Source: Eledone cirrhosa (lineage: Eukaryota). Taken from it: a DNA stretch of 64,000 bases. The notes below the pieces were generated by a model. It saw nothing but the letters and a program-made list of their open reading frames with translations, was not told the origin of the DNA and did not search any database. The stretch is taken from assembly GCA_964016885.1 (NCBI GenBank), contig OZ024740.1, forward strand, positions 268,088,001 to 268,152,000, read 5' to 3'. Both the position numbers and the translations under genes were made by a program. Shown in pieces: positions 1 through 12,613 of this stretch (positions are counted from its first letter, which is position 1; every line of letters starts with the position of its first letter).

Positions 1-174
1 ACTGTACACAATGTTTGTTACATTGTCTTCAAATAATTTATACAGGAGTAATAAGATATAAATGGCAGTGTAATCATTTCTGCCAATAGATGAGTGTGTC
101 CACCAGGCACGAGCATAAAGAGATCAAACTCCGACTTCACTGCCTCCGTCTCTCCTGCTCTCCCCATCTCTCAT

Positions 175-3100
175 TCAACTACCACTATCACAACCACTGT
201 GCCATCACCAACCACCACCCTCACAACTACTGCCACCACCTCAACTACCACTATCACAACCACTGTGCCATCATGAACCACCGCTCTCACAACCACTGCC
301 ACCACCTCAACTACAACTATCACAACCACTGTGCCATCACGAACCACCGCCCTCACAACCACTGACACCACCTCAACTACCACTATCACAACCACTGTGC
401 CATCAACAACCACCGCCCTCACAACCACTGCCACCACTTCAACTACCACTATCACAACCACTGTGCCATCACCAACCACCACCCTCACAACCACTGCCAC
501 CACTTCAACTACCACTATCACAACCACTGTGCCATCACCAACCACCACCCTCACAACCACTGCCACCACCTCAACTACCACTATCACAACCACTGTGCCA
601 TCACCAACCACCACCCTCACAACCACTGCCACCACTTCAACTACCACTATCACAACCACTGTGCCATCACCAACCACCACCCTCACAACCACTGCCACCA
701 CTTCAACTACCACTATCACAACCACTGTGCCATCACCAATCACCACCCTCACAACCACTGCCACCACTTCAACTACCACTATCACAACCACTGTGCCATC
801 ACGAACCACCGCCCTCACAACCACTGACACCACCTCAACTACCACTATCACAACCACTGTGCCATCAACAACCACCGCCCTCACAACCACTGCCACCACC
901 TCAACTACCACTATCACAACCACTGTGCCATCATGAACCACCGCCCTCACAACCACTGCCACCACCTCAACTACCACTATCACAACCACTGTGCCATCAC
1001 CAACCACCACCCTCACAACCACTGCCACCACCTCAACTACCACTATCACAACCACTGTGCCATCACCAATCACCACCCTCACAACCACTGCCACCACCTC
1101 AACTACCACTATCACAACCACTGTGCCATCACCAACTACCACCCTCACAACCACTGCCACCACCTCAACTACCACTATCACAACCACTGTGCCATCACCA
1201 ACCACCGCCCTCACAACTACTGCCACCACCTCAACTACCACTATCACAACCACTGTGCCATCACCAACCACCGCCCTCACAACCACTGCCACCACCTCAA
1301 CTACCACTATCACAACCACTGTGCCATCACCAACCACCGCCCTCACAACCACTGCCACCACCTCAACTACCACTATCACAACCACTGTGCCATCACCTAC
1401 TACCACCCTCACAACCACTGCCACCACCTCAACTACCACTATCACAACCACTGTGCCTTCATGAACTACCACCCTCACAACCACTGCCACCACCTCAACT
1501 ACCACTATCACAACCACTGTGCCATCATGAACCACCACCCTCACAACTACTGCCACCACCTCAACTACCACTATCACAACCACTGTGCCATCACCAACCA
1601 CCACCCTCACAACCACTGCCACCACCTCGACTACCACTATCACAACCACTGTGCCATCACCTACTACCACCCTCACAACCACTGCCACCACCTCAACTAC
1701 CACTATCACAACCACTGTGCCATCACCAACCACCACCCTCACAACCACTGCCACCACCTCAACTACCACTATCACAACCACTGTGCCATCACCAACCACC
1801 ACCCTCACAACCACTGCCACCACTTCAACTACCACTATCACAACCACTGTGCCATCACCAATCACCACCCTCACAACCACTGCCACCACTTCAACTACCA
1901 CTATCACAACCACTGTGCCATCACCAACTACCACCCTCACTAACACTGCCACCACCTCAACTACCACTATCACAACCACTGTGCCATCACCAACCACCAC
2001 CCTCACAACCACTGCCACCACTTCAACTACCACTATCACAACCACTGTGCCATCACCAATCACCACCCTCACAACCACTGCCACCACTTCAACTACCACT
2101 ATCACAACCACTGTGCCATCACCAACCACCACCCTCACAACCACTGCCACCACCTCGACTACCACTATCACAACCACTGTGCCATCACCTACTACCACCC
2201 TCACAACCACTGCCACCACCTCAACTACCACTATCACAACCACTGTGCCATCACCAACCACCACCCTCACAACCACTGCCACCACCTCAACTACCACTAT
2301 CACAACCACTGTGCCATCACCAACCACAACCCTCACAACCACTGCCACCACCTCAACTACCACTATCACAACCACTGTGCCATCACCAACTACCACCCTC
2401 ACAACCACTGCCACCACCTCAACTACCACTATCACAACCACTGTGCCATCACCAACCACCGCCCTCACAACCACTGCCACCACCTCAACTACCACTATCA
2501 CAACCACTGTGCCATCACCAACCACAACCCTCACAACCACTGCCACCACCTCAACTACCACTATCACAACCACTGTGCCATCACCAACCACCACCCTCAC
2601 AACCACTGCCACCACCTCAACTACCACTATCACAACCACTGTGCCATCACCAACCACAACCCTCACAACCACTGCCACCACCTCAACTACCACTATCACA
2701 ACCACTGTGCCATCACCAACCACCGCCCTCACAACCACTGCCACCACCTCAACTACCACTATCACAACCACTGTGCCTTCATGAACTACCACCCTCACAA
2801 CCACTGCCACCACCTCAACTACCACTATCACAACCACTGTGCCATCACCAACCACCGCCCTCACAACCACTACCACCACCTCAACTACCACTATCACAAC
2901 CACTGTGCCATCATGAACCACCGCCCTCACAACCACTGCCACCACTTCAACTACCACTATCACAACCACTGTGCCATCAACAACCACCGCCCTCACAACC
3001 ACTGCCACCACCTCAACTACCACTATCACAACCACTGTGCCATCACCAATCACCACCCTCACAACCACTGCCACCACCTCGACTACCACTATCACAACCA

Positions 3101-3990
3101 CTGTGCCATCACCTACTACCACCCTCACAACCACTGCCACCACCTCAACTACCACTATCACAACCACTGTGCCATCACCAACCACCGCCCTCACAACCAC
3201 TGCCACCACCTCAACTACCACTATCACAACCACTGTGCCATCACCAACCACCACCCTCACAACCACTGCCACCACCTCAACTACCACTATCACAACCACT
3301 GTGCCATCACCAACCACCGCCCTCACAACCACTGCCACCACCTCAACTACCACTATCACAACCACTGTGCCATCACCAACCACCGCCCTCACAACCACTA
3401 CCACCACCTCAACTACCACTATCACAACCACTGTGCCATCACCAACCACCACCCTCACAACCACTGCCACCACCTCGACTACCACTATCACAACCACTGT
3501 GCCATCACCTACTACCACCCTCACAACCACTGCCACCACCTCAACTACCACTATCACAACCACTGTGCCATCACCAACCACCACCCTCACAACCACTGCC
3601 ACCACCTCGACTACCACTATCACAACCACTGTGCCATCACCTACTACCACCCTCACAACCACTGCCACCACCTCGACTACCACTATCACAACCACTGTGC
3701 CATCACCAACCACCGCCCTCACAACTACTGCCACCACCTCAACTACCACTATCACAACCACTGTGCCATCACCTACTACCACCCTCACAACCACTGCCAC
3801 CACCTCGACTACCACTATTACAACCACTGTGCCATCACCAACCACCACCGTCACAACCACTGCCACCACCTCAACTATCACTATCACTACCACTGTGCCA
3901 TCACCAACCACCGCCCTCACAACCACTGCCACCACCTCAACTACCACTATCACAAGCACTGTGCCATCATGAACTACCACCCTCACAACT
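175..3990. repeat. 66-bp tandem minisatellite, about 58 copies, mucin-like codon content
   Basis: Unit TCAACTACCACTATCACAACCACTGTGCCATCACCAACCACCACCCTCACAACCACTGCCACCACC (= STTTITTTVPSPTTTLTTTATT). The Thr frame is broken by 7 TGA variants. Confidence 0.97.
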
Positions 3991-4155
3991 GATGTCCACC
4001 AGGCCCGAGCACAAATGGACCAAACTCCAACTTCACTGTCTCCGTCTCTCCCGCTCTCCCCATCTCTCACTGATATGAGCAATTGGGGACCCACGCTCTG
4101 GCTACCCAGCGGCCTGAGTGGACAGAATAGTGAAGGCGTTTTCCCGGAGGATGGT

Positions 4156-4464
4156 GAGGGAAACGCGCTGGAAGAGCCATCCCAGCTCGTATTCCAGCGG
4201 TCTCTGTCCCTCAATATCGCTGCCATGTCCTGCGTCTCCAAGAGACCAGTGTCTGTCCTTAGGGCATCAATACATGTTAACCTTTGTCTTCGAGGGAAAC
4301 GCACTGGAAGAGCCATTCCAGCTCGTATTCCAGCAGTCTCTGTCCCTCAATATCGCTGCCATGTCCTGCGTCTCCAAGAGACCAGTGTCTGTCCTTAGGG
4401 TATCAATACATGTTAACCATTGTCTTCGAGGGAAACGCACTGGAAGAGCCATTCCTGCTCGTAT
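4156..4464 (-). repeat. 136-bp tandem repeat (about 2.3 copies), probably from an RTE-type LINE 3' end
   Basis: GAGGGAAACGC recurs at 4156, 4292 and 4428. The minus translation PRRQRLTCIDALRTDTGLLETQDMAAILRDRDRW resembles the LINE RT C-terminus (GRP..T.ID.L..DTG....AM.DR..W). Confidence 0.6.
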
Positions 4465-4719
4465 GTCCTTAGAATATATATTCTCAACCAGTGCCTATTT
4501 TATCTTCCCATTTCTTTCTCTCACTTCTCTTTCTCTCACCCCTCTTCTCGTTTATCTCTTGCTGTCACTCTTGTTTGATGTAAACGCTTTTGGGATAACT
4601 GAACAAATAGGTTTGCATAAACGTCAGTGTTATCGATTTTTGCTTGATTTTTTATTCCCTGTCAAAGTATTTATCCTGCTAATCCGACTGGGATAAGGTA
4701 TAAATATCAGAGGGTAAAA

Positions 4720-4901
4720 TTCGAAATCTGAAGAAACTGTTTAGTGTCTTCATAGGCAATAATTGTTTCTACATTTGACACAAGGCCAGCAATTACCCAG
4801 TGTATTACTGGTACTTTACACTGGGTAATTGCTGGCCTTGTGCCAAATGTAGAAACAATTATTGCCTATGAAGACACTCAACAGTTTCTTCAGATTTCGA
4901 A
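4720..4901. repeat. Fold-back inverted repeat (about 85-bp arms, 12-nt loop) containing a SINE 3' tail
   Basis: 4720-4804 is the reverse complement of 4817-4901 with about 2 mismatches. The arm contains the SINE tail ATTGTTTCTAC...CACAAGGCCAGCAATTACCCAGTG. Confidence 0.92.
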
Positions 4902-4988
4902 GGCAATAATGATAATAAATCGACATATTAATGAATTAATAATTCATGTAGTAAGCAACGTGTTTTGCATAACGTAAACTGTACGACA

Positions 4989-5136
4989 GGCAGCGAATTG
5001 GTAGAGTCGTTAGAACGTCGGATAGAATGCTTTACTGTATTCGTTTCGACCCACTGTTCAAATACCGCCGAGGTCAACTTTGCCTTTCATCCTTTAGAGG
5101 TCGATAAATAAGGTACCAGTCAAGTAGTGGGTCGAT
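4989..5136 (+). mobile_element. tRNA-derived SINE with Nin/Deu-like central domain
   Basis: A-box-like TTGGTAGAGTCGTT, B-box GTTCAAATACC, core CCGAGGTCAACTTTGCCTTTCATCC...GTCGATAAA..GTACCAGT. Several other copies in the window. Confidence 0.85.
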
Positions 5137-5325
5137 TCTTTCTCTATATCTCTTTCTAATTTCCAATCTCTCAATTTCTATCTTTGTCTCGAAGAAATCT
5201 GCTGCATTCAGGCCTGGAGAGAGATAGCCTCCACCATGTTTAAAATGTCCAAGAAACCCCATTAGGAGTTACGGGACCATACAATACCAAACTGTACGAT
5301 AAAGTATACTCTTTGTCAGTAGCAT

Positions 5326-5525
5326 AGAGGTTAGGCTGAAAAGTCCATTAGCTGACTATGATGGAGTGATGCTAGATCTGTGAAATCGTGCATGCTTTAA
5401 TTTCAACTCTTCTTACTAATAACTGCATTGTTTCTTTCCAGAGAATATGTTGAAAAATGAACCTCATTTGGTTATTCCATGAGAGTATCTTGGTCAGCTT
5501 ATGAACTTTTCAGTCGACCCGCGTA
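5326..5525. mobile_element. Mariner-type MITE, about 200 bp
   Basis: TIR-like ends TAGAGGTTAGGCTGAAAAGT / ACTTTTCAGTCGACCCGCGTA. Homologous to 18673-18874 and 62627-62826. Confidence 0.8.
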
Positions 5526-5789
5526 AGTTTAAACTGTCACTGCGCTGTGTGAATAAACACACTGGACAAATGTAAAGAAATATCTCTAGAATGTCTCCTT
5601 GAATTTAAAACGAGGGATGGTGAATGAGACGGAAGAGGGGTGGATACTCATTTTTTCTACCCACGTGGCAATGAAATCAAAGAGAACTTCAAGGTGCCAA
5701 TGAATTTAGTTGCCAACAAAAAATTTAGATTTTTGTTTTGGTAGCCGCTACTTCTCCGAATTGAGGGATCACAACTCCGATAATAAAGG

Positions 5790-6062
5790 CATGTAGTTAG
5801 AATGTCTCAGGAAATAATCGTTGGACAGATTTTATGGGCAAAATCAGCTGGGAGAAGACCCAGGGGTAGATCCCGATCAAGATGCGTGGATAACATACCA
5901 TGAGTTTGGCTGATCTCACCTGGAGATTCAGCCGGATCAGTTGGATATAGTTGCTTCTGACAGGACCCGATGGAAAGAGTGTTTGAGGACTCTTCCCCAC
6001 TACATTTTCAGGAATAAGTGACAAGAAGAAGAAGAAGAAGAAGAAGAAGAAGAAGAAGAAGA
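5790..6062 (+). mobile_element. RTE (Rex3/Expander-like) LINE 3' fragment with (AAG)n tail
   Basis: Broken reading AGRRPRGRSRSR..DNI...HLEIQPDQLDIVASDRTRWKECL followed by an (AAG)n tail. A related copy lies at 7550-7760. Confidence 0.7.
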
Positions 6063-6117
6063 TGAATGAATATATATATATATGTGAGAAAAACCACTGA
6101 CCCTCCATCTCAACTCA

Positions 6118-6155
6118 CCTTTTGAAAAGCAGAAGAACTGCGAAACCGGTAAAGG
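6118..6155 (+). ncRNA. Minimal type-I hammerhead-like motif, U3-A8 core, in a (TA)n-flanked cassette (6084-6276)
   Basis: cctt-TTGAAAA-gcag(aagaa)ctgc-GAAA-ccgg-TA-aagg, then AATAAA at 6161. Stems I and II pair; stem III is palindromic. Confidence 0.75.
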
Positions 6156-6270
6156 AACCAAATAAATATATATATTTTTTTAAATAAGACTCCAGTTTCA
6201 TCTCTTTTTCTTTATACTTTCACCCGTGTAGGACACCTCGGTTATTTTTCATTTTGTAAAAAAACCTCAC

Positions 6271-6346
<76 letters not shown>

Positions 6347-6428
6347 TGGTCTACGGTTCTTATATATTTGATATATATTTATCCTTATCGAACCCTCTTT
6401 GGATTTTAGTCTTCAAATTTATTATTAT

Positions 6429-6497
<69 letters not shown>

Positions 6498-6582
6498 AAA
6501 GGCAAACAGAAGTAAAAAAAACAAAAAACGACAGAGTTCAATGTATAAATATGTTAGTTTTACGCTTGATATATTAGGAAAA

Positions 6583-6625
6583 GTGTCTTAACGTTTCGAA
6601 CGCTAGTCGTTCATCAGAAAATACA
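6583..6625 (-). ncRNA. Hammerhead-like motif in a (TA)n-flanked cassette (6494-6793)
   Basis: Minus strand: tttt-CTGATGA-acg(actag)cgt-tc-GAAA-cgt-TA-agac. Canonical core, palindromic AACGTT, weak stem I. Confidence 0.55.
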
Positions 6626-6786
6626 ATGAGAAATTAAAGACGAAATAAAAAAATAGATGAGATTGAGCAGTGTGGCAGAAACGAAAAAGATTTCTATGGG
6701 GAAAAGCAGGTCTATTCGAGTCAACATCTCTTGGAAACCCATTGCGTGTATAAGTGGTTCAGTTGGTTGACTGTTTTAAAGGACGG

Positions 6787-6843
<57 letters not shown>

Positions 6844-7054
6844 AAGAGAGAGAAAGAGAGCGATGGATGGATAGGCAGATAGATATAGTTTAGATATAGT
6901 CACGTTTTCATTGTTAACAGCTATCAGTCGTGAGCAAAATCGTGAACTAACACCCTGAACATATACGGTGAGTTAATTCTTTTTTCTAAAATTGCCGGTT
7001 GGTCGCGCTGTTTCATCGCCATTAAGGTATACATTAGAAGACGGACCATATTCG

Positions 7055-7550
7055 ATAATAGTATCTTTATTAGCCTCACAAGGCTGGCATTAAGTAAACA
7101 ATGAAGTCAAACAGGATGATACAGTCTGGGTTTTTATGTTGAAAAATAAACATTTAAAAATAAAACAAAGAAAACTCCGCAAGAGTTGACAGATATCCGA
7201 GGAAAACATCGTGGAGAAAGCCTACTAAAAGCCATGGTCACCCTGACCACTAGGTCTAGTGCCCCCTGCCAGTTTTCCTCCTCTAATTTACGGGCGCACA
7301 CGCAGAGCAGGCCTACACTCGGATCATACTCAACTCTTTCCCCAAGCTTTTTAATAAACTGGTTGGAAGGCAGCACTTCCCTCTCCACTCTTCTAATCAT
7401 CGGAACTAGATGAGTGCGCACATCTCGGACAGGCCCGGTTAACAGCACTTTCATGACTGTAGACTCTACAGTGTAGAGTTTATCGTGAATTGGCAATGCT
7501 TTTCGGTAGTAGTGCAAAGCCAGGGATTTCTGGAAGTTATCAATGTTTCC
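7055..7550 (-). mobile_element. Tx1/L1-type LINE 3' fragment
   Basis: NFQKSLALHYYRKALPIHDKL is zf-RVT-like. T-rich 3' UTR with AATAAA near 7070. Similar to 20273-20560. Confidence 0.65.
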
Positions 7551-7721
7551 TAGACAGAATGTTCTCTGAAAAAGAGTGGCTAGTTGATTTTCGTCGATCA
7601 AGATGGGTGGATAAAATCCATGAGCTTGATTGGTCGCACTTGGGGATCCAGCCGGATCAGTTGCTTCTGACAGGCCCCATTCGAAAGAGTGTATTAGAAC
7701 TCTGCCCCACGTTTCTCTCAA

Positions 7722-7753
<32 letters not shown>

Positions 7754-7760
7754 AGAAGAA
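7550..7760 (+). mobile_element. RTE LINE 3' fragment with (AAG)n tail
   Basis: RSRWVDKIHELDWSHLGIQPDQL then (AAG)n. Shares CAGCCGGATCAGTTG and TTCTGACAGG with 5790-6062. Confidence 0.7.
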
Positions 7761-8207
7761 ATTTGGCTACAAATCGAACAATTTAAGGGTACGTTGAAGT
7801 CGATTTTATCAACACTCAGTACACGACTGCTACTTTATTTTATCGACTCCAGAAAAATAAAGGTAAAGATGATCGCGGTGGAATTAAAAAAAAAGACGAT
7901 TTGAAGTATGTTTGTACTTAGTCTTTTAAATTACGTTCATTACACAACCTCTTTTTCCATAGCCAACACAAAACTACATGCTTTTACCAGCCAAAGGAAG
8001 GTGACCAGTGATAAGTGCATGGGTGAGTTCGTGCACGGGTGTGTACATGTGTGTATGTGCAATTTGAGACATTTTATATATATATATCTATATGGCGAAC
8101 GGCATCGCCACCATAATTTCAAAACCTGCTTCCATCCGAAGAAAAATACTACTAATAGCTACGTTTTATGCAAATAATGCTTCCTGATTTATGCAAAACA
8201 CCAACAA

Positions 8208-8592
8208 TCGACCCCAGTGTGTTACTGGTACTTTATTTTATCGACCCGGTTAAGATGCAGGGCAAAGTTAACCTCGGTGGGATGTGAACTCAGAACGTAA
8301 AGGGCCGTAACTTTATGCTGTAAAGGATGATGTCTGACACTCTGCCGATATTGCAATCCATCACCCTACTGTTTATATAAATGATTTCTACTATAAGCAC
8401 AATGCCAGCAATTTCAAGGGGAAAGTCGATTATATTGACCCCAGTTCCTTACTGGTACTTTATTTTAACGACCCCGCAAGGATGAAAGGCAAAGCTAACC
8501 TCGGCGGGATTTGAACTCAGATCATAAAGGGGTGTAATTCTATGCTGCAAAGCATGGCGCCCGACCCTCTACCGATACCGCCAATCCACCGA
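8208..8592 (-). mobile_element. Two adjacent tRNA-SINE copies
   Basis: Reverse complement of the SINE core at about 8208-8365 and 8385-8592 (GACCCCAG...TGGTACTT...GGCAAAG.TAACCTCGG.GGGAT.TGAACTCAGA). A further fragment lies at about 7800-7885. Confidence 0.88.
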
Positions 8593-8764
8593 TTTACTAA
8601 TTATACAAATAATGATATATATATATATATATATATATATAGGAGGTGAGTTTTATTGTAGTACAATAAAGCAATGCAGATATCGGATAAGAAGCACTCT
8701 ACAGTTTGTGGGACTGGAGTATGCATAATATAAGATCAAAAGATGGTTAAAGGAGTTCAATATA

Positions 8765-8831
8765 TTTTATTATGCGCATTTCAAAAACAAACATCATCAA
8801 ACAATAATATTTGTGTTTTCATCAGATAAAA
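8765..8831 (-). ncRNA. Type-I hammerhead ribozyme motif (left arm)
   Basis: Reverse complement of the 8988-9054 motif, in the same sense as the adjacent PLE ORF. Confidence 0.8.
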
Positions 8832-8987
8832 CAGGAGAACATGATATGAAGGCTAAAAAAACACTTGTTGATAGTGCAGTTTTAAATCAACATATGGATA
8901 TGTTGATTTAAATCAACATATGGATATGTTGATTTAAAACTGCACTATCAACAAGTGTTTTTTTAGCCTTCATATCATGTTCTCCTG

Positions 8988-9054
8988 TTTTATCTGATGA
9001 AAACACAAATATTATTGTTTGATGATGTTTGTTTTTGAAATGCGCATAATAAAA
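8988..9054 (+). ncRNA. Type-I hammerhead ribozyme motif (right arm)
   Basis: ttttat-CTGATGA-aaac...gtttt(t)-GAAA-tgcgca-TA-ataaaa. 6-bp stem I and palindromic stem III ATGCGCAT. Confidence 0.8.
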
Positions 9055-9086
9055 TATATTGAACTCCTTTAACCATCTTTTGATCT

Positions 9087-9117
<31 letters not shown>

Positions 9118-9251
9118 CCCACACGTACATACACCCATACATCCCTACACACATATATGTGTGTGTCTCACCGTTCATTCAGATATTCACGTGTATACAT
9201 AAGAAGAGGGGGGGGGGGTAGTGAAATGAAATTTTACCTCCGAGTGTTAAT

Positions 9252-11135
9252 TCATTTTTTCGTGTTCAGTAGTGGTTTAAATTTTTCAATGAAGAATTCT
9301 TCTTTATATCTGCGGAAATGTTCGTTATCCGACCATATCTTGAAGAAAGGGAAGATTGTGAATTTTCCCTTCCCGCATGATGCAAAGTGTGCGCTACATG
9401 TGGTATTTCTGACTGTGGGGTCTTTAATTTGTTGTTTATGTACCCGGAGTCTATCATGTAATCCCGTTCCGGTTTCCCCAATGTAATACTCTTTACACTG
9501 TGGACATGTTGCGCAATATATTAGGTTTTTCGTTTTGCAGTTCATGTTAGCATTGACCTTGAAATTATCATGGTTTTTGAAGGACAACTGTTTGCCCTCT
9601 TCGATGAGTTCACAGGTTCCACATCTAGGGTCCCCGCATTTCGTCACTTGCATTGATTCCATGTTGGTCGTAAATTTTGCCTTGGTAATTAGTTTTTTAA
9701 GGTTGGGTGCTTGGCGTCTGCTATAAATTATCTGTGTGTTTTTTAAGATTACATTCATTTTGGTAGATTGCTGTAGAATCGAGAGATACTGCTTAGCAGT
9801 TTTCACAATGTTGATGTTCCCTGGGTTGTGAGTGATGACAAAAGAGATAGCAGGGTTTTCTTTTTTATGTTGTGGGTTTGGTTTTCTCAGTGTTGTTATT
9901 GGGATGTTCTTAGCCTTGGAGATGGCTGCGTTGATGAGTTTCATCGGGTATTCTTGTTTTTTAAGGAATTTTTTCAGGTCACATAATCTTTTTTCTTGTA
10001 GTACGGGGTGTGTTGCTATAGTGCAGATGCGCCTTGCCATGTTGAAGGGAATGTTCCTTTCGTATGTGCTGACCGGAAATTTAAGTATTGGTGTGTGTCA
10101 GTGGGTTTGCAAAATAGGTCCGTTATGATATTTTCCCCTTCTTTAATGATGAGGATATCTAGAAAGGGCAGTTCCTTTTCGTTACATTCCATAGTGAATT
10201 GTATAGCTTCATGAAGCCTGTTTAGGATCGAATAAAATTTTTGTAGGTCTGTTTGGCTTCTGTTCCAGAAGATGAAGCAGTCATCTAGGTAACGTTTCCA
10301 GTTTTTATTAATGTAGAAGGCGAAGTCGTGACTGAATGTTATCTGTAGTTGGGAATATCATTTTGCCTCTAAGTGACCCATAACGAGCGTTGCATATGTA
10401 GGGGCCACTTTGGTACCCATGGCTGTTCCTTTTATTTGTAGATAAAGTTCGTTGTCAAAGAGGAAGTGGTTGTTTTCCAATACTAATTTAAGTCCTTCCA
10501 AGATGAATTCTTTGGGGAATCTTTCTGAAATGTGACTTGAGTGTTTTGTAATCCAGAAGTCCACAGCTTCAATCCCTAGGTCGTGTGGGATGTTAGTGTA
10601 CAGGCTTATTACATCAAAACTGACTAGGATTGTATCCTGGTGTACTTTTTGGGGGATATAGTTAATGAATTCCATATCATCTCTGATGTAGCTTGGAACT
10701 TTTTTACATAGGGGTTTGAGTATGATGTCTAATAGGTTGCTTAGACGTTGTGTGCTTGAGGCTGGGCCAACAATAATGGGGCGTCATTTTAAGTCTGTCG
10801 GTTTTGGTGCTTCGATGTATGATGTATTTTTCCCTTTTATGTTGTTTTGGATTTCTATGGATTTGTGAATTTTTGGTAATCCATAGAAATTGCTGGTTTT
10901 CATTTCGAAGTAGGTTAGGTAATCTACTTCTTTTGGTGTTAGGTTGTTTTGGTACTTTGTTGTTAGTTTACCTATTTGGTTCCTCGATTTCCTTTCTTCG
11001 TTTTTAGTGATTTTCCTGTTGAAGTTTTCGTCATTCGAGTGTGCTAGAACCATATCTTTGTAGTGGTTTGTGTCCATGATGACGATTGCTCCACCTTTGT
11101 CCGCTTCTCTTATTATTATTGAGGAATCCCTTTGT
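9252..11135 (-). mobile_element. Penelope-like element (Neptune-like), 5'-truncated RT + GIY-YIG pseudogene
   Basis: [90 protein letters not shown] stops at 10784 and 10358 and a frameshift near 10065. Confidence 0.95.
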
Positions 11136-11179
11136 AACAGTTATGTATCTTTATGTGTGTATATGTATGTATGTGTATG

Positions 11180-11250
<71 letters not shown>

Positions 11251-11313
11251 ATATATATGTGTGTGTGTATGTGTGTGTATATGTATGAGTATGTATATAT
11301 ATGTATATATGTA

Positions 11314-11356
<43 letters not shown>

Positions 11357-12316
11357 ATGTGGAGGTATGAGTACATATTCGTGTGTGTACGTATGTGTAT
11401 GTGTGTTTTTATATGTGTCTCTATATGTTTTTGTGTATGTATGTGGATGTATTTGTACATGGGTGTGTGATTGATGGTGTGTACCTATATATTCCTACAT
11501 ATGCCCGTGTGTGTATGTACATATATACGCACATATGTGTGTGTTGAACAAAGGACTAATTTTGGATAGAAAAATTCTTCAGAAAAAAATAAAAAAATAA
11601 TTATTTACAAACTTGACAGGTGCGATTTGCCTGTGACCATTCTCAACACAAAAGGAATACTAAAAGCTTTTTCCCCTGAATAAAGGAATTTTTCGAGAAT
11701 GACCGGGGCAGGCCGCACTTGCTACATTTCTCCCCACCCAACCCTACTCACCGTCTCAACTCATTACTGCTATCAACACTTTTTCAACACACCTACACCC
11801 ATACACTTATTAAAGGGGGAGAAAAGAAACCCCCACCACACCACAGACATGTTAAATCCCTATATATAGAACAACACACCACATACACATCAGTTTGACA
11901 AGCGCACCTCAGCGTGAAAGGTCGTTCTAAAAACGAAACAATACCTCCTACGTTAACTAAGAACTCCTAAGACCTAACCAACAACCAACAACTTAATTTA
12001 TAAAATAATTTTTTTTAAGAAAAAAATTTTTTTCTAATCCGGAAAAAAATTCTTTTTGGATTTTGTGAAGAAAATAAATTTGTTGAAAGCACAAGTGAAG
12101 CCATTTTTTCTTCCCCCCTGTCTTAATATATATGTATATATATATATATGTATATATATATGTATATATATATATGTATATATATATGTATATATATATA
12201 TATACAACGACTTACTAATATAAGTAAACAAATCCACTATCCTGATGTCTTCCAAAAGTAAAGGTTGCATTTTGAAAGGGTATGTCAATATTTATTTATA
12301 AAACTGGTATATATTG

Positions 12317-12381
12317 TATTTTGTCTGATGAAAGCATACCATAATTTAACATGGTATCATTGAAATATGTATAATAAAATA
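12317..12381 (+). ncRNA. Type-I hammerhead motif in a (TA)n-flanked cassette (12206-12512)
   Basis: tattttgt-CTGATGA-...ataccat(aatttaac)atggtat...-GAAA-tatgta-TA-ataaaata. 8-bp stem I; AATAAA downstream near 12396. Confidence 0.75.
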
Positions 12382-12508
12382 GATATGGTTTTATAAATAA
12401 AGTTTCCATTTGTTAATATCGTATATTTACTCCAAATACTTGTCGAGTGCTTTATATCAGTTATAAAAATATTTGCTTGTTGTATCCCAACAATTTAAAT
12501 ATAACTTT

Positions 12509-12613
<105 letters not shown>

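Larger units (their letters stand above)
8725..9094. repeat. Near-perfect 370-bp palindrome; inverted PLE pseudo-LTR pair
   Basis: The arms are reverse complements. The centre is a tandemly duplicated 27-bp hairpin (TTAAATCAACATATGGATATGTTGATT). (TA)n lies on both sides. Confidence 0.95.

Noticed and set aside
171-4316. 1381-aa Val-rich minus-strand ORF
   Set aside because: By-product of a 66-bp repeat lacking stops in that frame. Implausible composition, and the N-terminus comes from a LINE-derived repeat.
4989-5080. tRNA genes at A/B-box motifs
   Set aside because: No cloverleaf; the boxes belong to SINE heads.
10358-10786. Selenocysteine readthrough of two in-frame TGA codons in the PLE RT
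   Set aside because: The positions align with hydrophobic residues (LK*RPI, AK*YSQ), not Cys, and a frameshift is also present.
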